From Coniocarpon cinnabarinum (lineage: Eukaryota), in the NCBI GenBank assembly GCA_051942205.1, contig JAVECO010000043.1:113920-133919 (forward strand): a stretch of DNA of 20,000 nt, given 5' to 3'. A program made the position numbers and the translations under genes. This document shows, piece after piece, positions 11,563 through 20,000 of this stretch (the stretch's first letter is position 1; every line of letters begins with the position of its first letter). Under the pieces are notes generated by a model that was not told where the DNA came from, searched no databases, and saw nothing but the letters and a program-made list of their open reading frames with translations.

Positions 11563-13381
11563 ATGGGAGCCATTGAAGCTCTATACATTTACGATGATCA
11601 CAAGTAATTACTACGCATGTTGGTCCTGTTCAATGCCATGTATCTGACCATGCGAACAATAGCAATGTCGTTCTCGATCACTACTATACGGGACGTCCGC
11701 TCGCCGCGTCGGACCTCATCCAGCTCTACCTCAAACATCCCTCCCCTCGGCCCGCCTTGATTCACTTACCCCATACACTGCCTCAAACGTTACTGTTTTC
11801 GCACGTTCAGGATCGCTTGCTGCTGTTGTGTCCAACGTCTTTAGAGAGAGAACCACTGCTCATCCATGAGCTATTGCATCGCGTTGGAGACGCCTTGGAA
11901 GATTTCTTAGGCGCGCCGCTGCTTCCTTCGAAGATTGAGGCCAACTATGATATTGTGCTTCAAATTCTTGGGGAGATCTGCGACGCGGGGGTGGTGAACC
12001 ATACGGAACCGAATGCTCTTCGAGAAGTGGTAGAAGTTGATGACTGGGTTGGAAATATATTGGGTGGCATCGGCCTTCCCTTGTGAGCTTGTCATTGACC
12101 GCAATATGCTTCGAGTTCTGGCTGATCTCTCCTTCCAGATCCACGCCGACATTGAGTCGAAGCTCCTCCCCCGCGTTCGGACGTCCTACTTACCCAAACA
12201 CTCCCAGTAGCACATCCACCTCTGCTGCAGGCTCCGCCGTTCCCTGGCGGAGAGCAAATGTCAAGCATACATCGAATGAGCTCTACGTGGACATTGTAGA
12301 GTCGCTTTCGGTTGTTCTCGCTCCATCTGGTCGTCCAATATCTGCATTCGCGAATGGCACTGTAGCCTTCACAGCCAAGATCTCCGGCGTGCCAGATCTT
12401 CTACTCACTCTATCTGCGCCCGGTGGCAGGCGAGGTGTCGAGAAAGCCATGGATCTGGCGGTCTTTCATCCCTGCGTGAGGTTAGCAAGGTGGCGCGAAC
12501 GCCCTGGCGAACTTAGCTTTGTGCCCCCAGATGGCCGATTTGCTCTGGCTGGATACGAATGCGACTTGATTCCCGGCATTTTTGATGCTGCGTCAACGAA
12601 TGGAAAAATACCTGTACCGAACGTTAATCTTCCAGTCACCGCTGAGCTCGTCCCATCCTTAGGGAAGGCTGGAGACGAGCTCGAGGTCCGGTTAATACTT
12701 CCGCTTCGTGTTGCTGCCGGATCATCGTCTTTCATCCCGTCTCATGAATCTGCTGCGGTGAGGTCGCTAAGTAACGTGGGAAGACCAGGGTCGGGCTCTG
12801 GCAACGTTCAGACCGCCGCTGGTGGACCAACGCCAGAAAATATTATCGTGTCTATTCCGGCGCCTCAAACAGTCCGCAACATCACGAACATTAGGACCTC
12901 CAAGGGTGAGGCACATTTTCTGCCAGAAGACTTCGAGCTTGAATGGAGAGTGTCTGGGAGAGAAGCTGCCACAATTGGTAGCGCGGGAGCGACTTTGCGG
13001 TGCACACTCGTTGGCATGGCTGATCAAAATGCTGATCACGACCCTTCAGCCTCGAAGATGAAGTTGAAGACTGACACATTCGACTATGATGAAGGCCTGA
13101 ATGGCTCATACCAAGATGATCGGTTTGATTCTACTAAGGACAAAGACATCCAAGATTCGACGGGAGGCGAAGACTCCGACTTGAAGTCGAAGAATGCAGC
13201 CTTGATGCCCCAGTCTGTGCAATTATCCTTCTACGTCAAAGGCTGGCTAGCAAGCGGCCTCAAGGTCGACGCGCTTGCAGTCAATACCAAGAGCAGCAAA
13301 GGTCTAGGAGCAGGTGTTACCCCTTACAAAGGTGTCAAATACCACACAATCAGCCAAAAAGGTGTTGAAGTGCGCACTTGA
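11563..13381 (+). CDS. APM3: AP-3 adaptor complex mu subunit, about 567 aa; exons 11563-11603, 11663-12082, 12139-13381
   Basis: Introns 11604-11662 (GTAATT..CTGAC..TAG) and 12083-12138 (GTGAGC..CTGAT..CAG) join in frame. Motifs IEALYIYD, NYDIVLQILGEICDAG..TEPNALR, VPWRRANVKHTSNELYVDIVE, FHPCVRL..LSFVPPDGRF and SGLKVD..PYKGVKY are mu3-type adaptin signatures. Confidence 0.92.
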
Positions 13382-14154
13382 GTCTCGAATCACGCCACTT
13401 GTTATGCTAGGTAGGACGCTGCCCGCAAAGTAAATCTGCGCACGTTTCTTCGACTGTCTGTTCGATCAACGCTCTGCAGACGTTGACTTGAGGTGTCCCA
13501 TGCTGTCCATCGCGTCATTAAAATACCAAACCTGGGCTTGTGTGCCGAGAAATATTGCTCACTTGTCCCTATCAAGATATCATAATAAAATCGTTGCATA
13601 GCATGCAGCGCGACAGCATACATGTGGTCTGTACATTCGAGATAAGATTGAAGAAGCGCACGTGACACGAGGTCGCGTGACGCCTGTCGTAGACCATGAG
13701 GAGTATCACTTGCCACTCCCTGCTCACGCGCTTCAAATGATGAACAAAGCCGGCACCAGGGGACAAGTGACAGCCTCGTCATGCTCTCCTGCCGTTGAAA
13801 TGTCATTGACGTCGCTGTACTTTGCTTTCTCTGCGCAGTCCTCGTCTGGTGACAGACTATCAGACACCAGACTATGCAAAACAAAAGGGCACCTTGTAGT
13901 TGTAGAAAAGCAGTCATTCGTTCGCGGCCGTGACCACAGTCGAAATCTCCCCCGATGAAAGGAGTTATACATCATCAGCCTCAAGCTCATGACACAAGAC
14001 GTCTTCCCTCAATTGCGATCAGTTGCCTGATAACTGGTATATCTACTGACTCTTTTGAAGCTTCATAAATACTCTATGGGATGCGTACAATGCGGATCAA
14101 TTCCTTGGATACCTCCCTACACATTCAGAGAAAATAAGGTAACACTCAGTCATC

Positions 14155-15625
14155 ATGGCAACAACTGCATCCACGACTCAGCGCCTGCGCGTGCCTTTGT
14201 ACAAGAACATCAAACATGTTCGCTCGGGACCCAAGTCCTACGCTCGCGCTTTGGCTAAGTTTGGCATCAATCCAACCAAAGAGGGTCCCATCTACAGAGG
14301 CTCCGAAGCGGAGTCACGAGGTGTTCTCTCTGCCGCAAAAGGCGCTCTCATGGGCGCCCAGACGCTCGTACGTGAGAATGTCTTGCTGAAGCGAGATACA
14401 GCGTCGGACGAGGGTGACCACGTCCCTGCTACTGATATCGAGCATGACGCGGAGTACTTGTGCCCCGTTGAAATCGGGAGTCCAGCCCAGAAGCTCATGT
14501 TGGACTTTGACACTGGATCGAGCGATCTCTGGGTACGTCGTTGTAGTCAATTGTTACCAATCTCTGTGTCTCCTGCTGACATGTTGTAGGTCTGGTCCGA
14601 TAAGCTGCCGTCCAACGTCAAGTCTGAGTACGCATCCAAGCATACCATCTATGACTCGACCAAGTCTTCCACGTTCAAGAATATGTCGGGCTCGACATGG
14701 CAGATCTCATATGGTGACGGATCCTCCTCATCTGGCACTGTCGGCACCGACAATGTTGTCATTGGTAAGCGCCTCTTCATCGAAGTTTAAACTTTGGATG
14801 AACGATTGTTGTACTCACTTGACTGTTACAGGCTCTGTTACTGTCGAAAAGCAAGCCGTTGAGCTCGCTAACAACCTGTCGACTGAGTTCCAACAAGGCG
14901 CCGGAGACGGTCTCCTCGGACTCGGCTACCCCAACATCAACACCGTCAAGCCCGCGCCAGTCGCCACACCCGTCAAGAACATGATCGACCAATCCGACAT
15001 CCCGAAAGGCTCTGAACTCTTCACCGCCTGGCTCGGCAGCTGGAAAGATGCCGACAGCACTGAGGGCACTAGTTGGTACACTTTTGGCTTTATCGACGCA
15101 GATGCGCTCAAGAGCTTGAACGTCCAAGCCGAGGATGTGAAGTACACGCCTGTTGACTCGAGCAATGGATTTTGGCAGTTTGCCTCCACGAGCGCGAAGG
15201 TGAATGGGAAAGTTATTCAGCTAGCCAACAACACGGCTATCGCGGATACTGGGACAACACTGGCGCTCGTCAGCGACCAGGTCTGCGAAGCTGTCTACGA
15301 TGCTATTCCCGGTGCCACGTATGACTACATGCAGCAGGGATACGTCCTTCCTACGAACACGGCTGTCGACAAGTTACCTGAGGTCCAAGTCGCTGTTGGT
15401 GACAACCTCTTCAGCATTCACAAAGAAGATCTGATTTTTGCGGATGCGGGCAATGGGATGAGCTACGGTGGCATTCAAAGCCGTGGCAGCATGCCATTGG
15501 ACATCCTGGGGGACACGTTCTTGAAAGGTGTATACGCTGTGTTTGATCAAGGTAATGAGCGATTTGGAGCGGTGCAGAGACCTGAGGAGCAGGGTGCGAC
15601 ACAGGTCAGCGGTGGTGCGTTCTGA
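14155..15625 (+). CDS. A1 (aspergillopepsin-like) aspartic protease, about 448 aa, no N-terminal signal peptide; exons 14155-14532, 14590-14764, 14832-15625
   Basis: Both catalytic motifs ([11 protein letters not shown] and IADTGTTL), flap ISYGDGS, GLLGLG and ILGDTFLK are present. Introns 14533-14589 and 14765-14831 restore the frame. Confidence 0.93.
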
Positions 15626-17008
15626 ACGCCATTGTAAGTGCGGGCAAGAGGAGGTAATAGGTATAGAGGAGGAAGTCGTGGTATTGTCATCATTGTTAGA
15701 TCGTATTCACTCGTTTTGCTAAATATTCACACTCGCTGGCTGTCTCGGTTACATGCACTTTAGTCATTTACTCTGCTCCATTCACGTGATCATCCTTGAT
15801 GTCGATTGAGCTCACCGCCAATACAGGCGCTTCCAGCTCAAGAAAAATCACTGTCCTTCTTACATAAAAAGGAACTCATTAAGACAACATACAAGATAGA
15901 CGACAAAAAATAGCGATGCCACACACCCAAGAAACGTCAATCGATACACATCACATTGAACATCCAACGGACGTTGACCGCTCATGGGAAAGCTCCTTGC
16001 GGAAAATTTCAGCTACATCAGTCGTAAGCTCTGGAACGTGAAGCTGTCGCGCTGCAGTATCTTTGAGCAATACCTGAGACATACCTGAGCAACATCAAGA
16101 CGATGAACTGTCACAAACCCGATCCCTGGCACGAACGACTTCATAAACTGTATGATGTATATCATCATGCATGCGAACTTCTATGTTGAGTATGTTTTCG
16201 CGCGGGGAGCAAGTTGTGATACCGTTGCACAAACACAAAAGAACCACCGTTTGAGATCGAGAACGTGCACGCCAACGCACATCGAGAGATGACGGACCAC
16301 TTCAAGAGCTGTGTTCGCAATCATTGGAAGTGTTTCAGTCTCCCATAGTACGTATCGCTCGACAGCTAAGCTTCTGCAGAGAGCTGCACTCACATGCAGG
16401 GGCCCGGGTTTATGAGTGTGGGGAAACAATGGGCAACCAATCGAAGCACAGGATGGCAATCCACAGTCTTTCCGGGAATGAATAAGCTTGCCAAAACTTG
16501 GGTGCCGCTATCGATCTCATTGGAACGTGTTGAGATCCTTGAGGAGATGCAGATATATCTGCATCTCGGCATACCTGACAACTGAACGACATCTCGCGGT
16601 CTCGCGGCGGGAGAATTGAGAGCTTTTGGAGCATGACTATCCAGCACCCACAAATGCCAAGGGCCGGTCTTCGACCAGTTACTTCAGAGTCAATACTCGG
16701 TACACTGCGGCCTGTTGATCACAGCAGACAGCTGTTGCTCGGCGCTCGATGTAGACACGAGCTTCCAGCAATGGTCGCTGATTGGACGAGGCCGTTTTTG
16801 AAGCACATAAATCTTCGATCAATACTTCGAGGAGCAAACTTTTACGTCAATAGAGAACACTCGCTGAGTGACGTACGCCGAGGGAAGTAGAGGTTTTGTG
16901 ACGATATTCTAAGGTCACAGCCACCATCGCGGATACTCAAAAAGCCGAAGCTCACCAACCATCTTGACTTAATTTTGAACCCTTCAAAACCAAGTAAGAT
17001 TCTTTGCG

Positions 17009-18361
17009 ATGGCCATGAATGGTGTCCCAATAGCTCAGAAGCTTCCGATCTCTTCCAAGCCGTCGGTCAGACCTTCTTCGATTCGGCCGGGGGACTACCG
17101 GCCCATCGTTCGAGCTTTGATCTCTTACTTCGATGACAATAATCTGTGGCCAGCCTTCCAAGGTGCTGTCCAGGCAGCAGTAGCAGTAGGCATCCCTGAG
17201 CTTGAGGAATTTGGCATAAAGGACGTCCGATCGTTCCTGGACTACGTGCACGATCTTCTCTTCTGGACACCCACCGAGAGTGTCAGTGGCAAGGATGTCT
17301 ACTATAGGCTAGTATGCTTCTACTTCGTGTTCAACCTGGTGGAAGGACAGCAAAGTCCAATCGTTCCCGTCACCAACGACGAAGGCGACCAGGAACCGAT
17401 GAAATGGCTGTCCAAATGGCTTGTCTGGTATGCACAGGAGCTAGGGACCTGGATGGACAATCCCCACTCCCTGACCGATCAGACGCTCGCTACTTTCGAC
17501 AATGCCGCGAACTACAATCTGGACCAGTACACCCAACCTCGAGGCGGCTGGAGCACGTTCAATCAGTTCTTTTCGCGCCACGTCAAGCCTGGCTTTCGTC
17601 CTGTCGACCACTTAACCAACCCCGAGGTCGTCACTAGCCCGGTGGATGGCGTGTTTAGCGGTGCCTGGACCATCGATGAGCTCGATGGCACAGTGACATT
17701 TGCCGAGGCGAAACACATCAAATGGAGCATCTCTGAACTGCTTGATGGTAGTCCATACAAAGATGCCTTCAAGGGCGGCGTATTTACGCACTCCTTCCTC
17801 AACACCTTCGACTACCATCGGCAGCACGCACCGGTTTCCGGCCAAGTCGTCGAGACGCGCAACATCGAGGGCCAAGCATACCTCGAGACAAAGATCAAGA
17901 CGGATGAAAACGGCCGCAAGCGCCTTCACTGGGCTCGACCAATCTCCAAGCAGGGGAGAATGGCCAGGGCATCGCACATCGACGCGCCCGACACTCCTGG
18001 ATACCAGTTCGTGCAGCTGCGGGGGCTGGTAGTGCTTCTCACCCCGATTGGATATGTGGCCGTCTTGCCCATCGGCATGGCGCAGGTGTCGTCCGTCATG
18101 ATCACCGCAGAGACAATGCGCACCGTGCAGCTTCCGTACGACTCGACCAAAGAGCAGAAACAGCGTCAGGAGATCAACACCTTGCAGAAAGGAGAAGAAA
18201 TCTCGTATTTCCAATTTGGCGGGTCAGACATCGTCACAGTGTTTCAGAAGGGAGCTGAGATGAATTTCAATGCGACGGAAGGCTTCCATTATAGCGTGGG
18301 AAACGAGATAGCGAGAGCGAAGAAGTACGCGCCGCCGCAGAGTCCGCCTTACACTGACTAG
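17009..18361 (+). CDS. Phosphatidylserine decarboxylase-family pyruvoyl enzyme (non-Psd1/Psd2 type), 450 aa, intronless
   Basis: Motifs WSTFNQFFSRHVKPGFRP, SPVDG, DYHRQHAPVSG and KGEEISYFQFGGSD (GG-S autocleavage site, Ser codon 18224-18226). The exact start (17009 vs 17015) is uncertain. Confidence 0.9.
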   Translation: MAMNGVPIAQKLPISSKPSVRPSSIRPGDYRPIVRALISYFDDNNLWPAFQGAVQAAVAVGIPELEEFGIKDVRSFLDYVHDLLFWTPTESVSGKDVYYRLVCFYFVFNLVEGQQSPIVPVTNDEGDQEPMKWLSKWLVWYAQELGTWMDNPHSLTDQTLATFDNAANYNLDQYTQPRGGWSTFNQFFSRHVKPGFRPVDHLTNPEVVTSPVDGVFSGAWTIDELDGTVTFAEAKHIKWSISELLDGSPYKDAFKGGVFTHSFLNTFDYHRQHAPVSGQVVETRNIEGQAYLETKIKTDENGRKRLHWARPISKQGRMARASHIDAPDTPGYQFVQLRGLVVLLTPIGYVAVLPIGMAQVSSVMITAETMRTVQLPYDSTKEQKQRQEINTLQKGEEISYFQFGGSDIVTVFQKGAEMNFNATEGFHYSVGNEIARAKKYAPPQSPPYTD

Positions 18362-18721
18362 CACAATGGCGCGCATAGAGCTGCCTCGATATGGGCGGCA
18401 CCAGGCCTAACGCTCGACACGAGCTCCATGCCCGTGCACATGTTTTCAGAAAAGTTATTCTACTGCGCACTTACCTATGAACTGAATGTCGCACGTACCA
18501 TCCATCTTCTGACTTTGTGCATGATGATGATCGCCCCACCGCAGACCTGATACCAAGAAGCCACATATTCTGTCAGGAAAATTCTGAGTGCGTTGAGATA
18601 CCAACGAGTAGGCAAGTATGCTGCCTGTATGTCATGCAATAATGGAAGTTGAAAGGACAGGAGAAAACAACATAATGCTGGCACAATCCCGTCGTCTCGG
18701 GGCGAAAATTACAAGTAAACT

Positions 18722-18727
18722 ACGCGT
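18722..18727. promoter_or_regulatory. MCB element (ACGCGT) upstream of MAD2
   Basis: Exact MluI cell-cycle box about 105 nt upstream of the ATG of a mitotic checkpoint gene; single copy. Confidence 0.35.
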
Positions 18728-18832
18728 TTTACACGGGTCAGACTGGGAGTAACCGCCCCAGCAACCTTGAGCCATCCTCTCGAACATTGCACATCCCTTC
18801 GCAACGTCTGGGTGTCCCGTCATATTATCACA

Positions 18833-20000
18833 ATGCCGTCCAAAGACGAACGAGAGAAAGACAAAGACAAAGCAAAGACGCACAAGTTATCTCTGAAAGG
18901 TAAGCAGAGCCGCGTAGGAGAGTCAACAATGCCAAGACCCAGATGCCTTCCAAACATGGCCCCAGACATCAATGGAGAGGATGTCCACATTCAGAGAGGA
19001 AGAATGTAGCAGAGTTTCCAGGCTGACCGGGCTGCGTACGTAGGATCTGGGAAGCTCGTCGCTGAATTTGTGAGTCTGCTTGATATACTGTCGAAGGGGA
19101 GGGTGCTGATGGTTTAGTTTGAATATGGTATTAATAGTATATTGTAAGTCCTCGCTTGCATTCACAGTCAATTGCATTAGGAGTTTCAAAAGGAATTGCT
19201 GTTTGTCAGGAGCAACAATGTCTTCGGGGCTAGGACCTTCAAACACACGTGCATCGGAGCTCCTTTCTAGGACCCTTAGCAGGGTTATGTCTTTAATGTT
19301 GTCATGTCATGACCAGCAATAAAATGCTTGCGACAGCTGCATCAGATTCTTGATGAGACTTATATCGTGGCAGGACAGCCCACTAATGGTCTAACAGATT
19401 CCAACGGGGTGTTTATCCGCCTGAAGACTTTGCACCCGTCAAGAAATATGGCTTAAACATGCTTGGTAAGTTTGGCCCTTACTCCCCCTTTGCACGTACC
19501 TACCCTAAAATACCATTGTCGCCGTCCTCTCAATTACCGCGCGAATTTTTTCACAGCATTCGAGCAGACGCTGAACTAGCCCTCAACCCATAAATACAGC
19601 TAAAAAGTGCGCGTTGCTCTGCGGTCTCGCAAAGCTAACAGAACTATCCAGTCACGACTGACGACCAAGTCAAAGCATACATCAAACGCATCATGAAACA
19701 GCTCAACACCTGGATGGCAGGTGGCAAGATTCAAAAACTAGTTGTGGTGATAACGAGTAAAGAAACCGGCGAGCACGTCGAAAGATGGGTCTTTGACGTA
19801 TGTACATTGCTCTTCCCCTCTCTCCTGCCCTCTCTCCTGCCCTCTCTCCCTCTTCCACTCTCACCGATCCCTCCATCAGCGAAGTCATCCTCAACGCCAG
19901 ACACCGCATCCCTATATTCGCCATCCTAGATTTCACTCCCCCCCACCGTCGCAATCAGCTAAGGAACTAGATCAACATATCCAACCCCACGAAACCACCC
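18833..20000 (+). CDS. MAD2: Spindle assembly checkpoint HORMA protein Mad2, 3' end beyond window; exons 18833-18899, 19044-19069, 19118-19143, 19398-19465, 19652-19797, 19971->20000
   Basis: Five GT-AG introns splice in frame to KLSLKGSGKLVAEFFEYGINSILFQRGVYPPEDFAPVKKYGLNMLVTTDDQVKAYIKRIMKQL..IQKLVVVITSKETGEHVERWVFDI, which is clearly Mad2. Confidence 0.95.
19816..19849 (+). repeat. Short tandem repeat, 12-nt unit CCCTCTCTCCTG x about 2.8, in MAD2 intron 5
   Basis: Read directly: CCCTCTCTCCTG CCCTCTCTCCTG CCCTCTCTCC. Confidence 0.85.

Noticed and set aside
13402..13990. ORFs between APM3 and the protease (up to 171 aa)
   Set aside because: Non-ATG or weak starts, no motifs, and they overlap the expected UTR/promoter region.
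16070..16110. CTGAGACATACC resembling the start of a TPP riboswitch; ATACCTGAG duplicated
   Set aside because: The downstream TGATCTGGATAATACCAGCG-type core is absent and there is no thiamine gene nearby.
16095..16990. Short ORFs upstream of the PSD-like gene, and a GTAAGA donor at 16994
   Set aside because: No coherent coding exon chain; at most a 5' UTR intron.
14155..18361. Protease plus decarboxylase as a secondary-metabolite (psilocybin-like or RiPP) cluster
   Set aside because: No kinase, methyltransferase, P450, transporter, backbone enzyme or repetitive precursor peptide; the flanks are housekeeping genes.
18900..19970. Stwintrons (nested introns) as the explanation for the long MAD2 introns
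   Set aside because: I found no internal intron whose removal reconstitutes a split donor, and single-step splicing already gives a correct Mad2 frame.

Overview
Gene-dense genomic DNA from a filamentous ascomycete (Pezizomycotina-type GT-AG introns with CTRAC-like branch points, mostly 48-91 nt). I reconstructed eight protein genes by hand-splicing: an NBR1-type selective autophagy receptor (PB1-like, 4 ZZ, FW; runs off the left edge), a Barentsz/CASC3-like protein, a HAPSTR1/YJR056C-like protein, a small DUF4536/DMAC1-like membrane protein, the AP-3 mu subunit, an A1 aspartic protease with no signal peptide, an intronless phosphatidylserine-decarboxylase-family enzyme, and MAD2 (runs off the right edge). 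About 8.0-11.5 kb has no recognisable gene, only orphan ORFs and scattered splice signals. I found no clear novel multi-gene system, mobile element, tRNA, rRNA or CRISPR array. The best leads are the non-canonical PSD-like decarboxylase, the eroded first SELOR-like motif of the Barentsz homologue, the long and partly structured MAD2 introns, the leaderless protease and a recurring CACGTG promoter motif. Family assignments come from motif recognition, not database searches.
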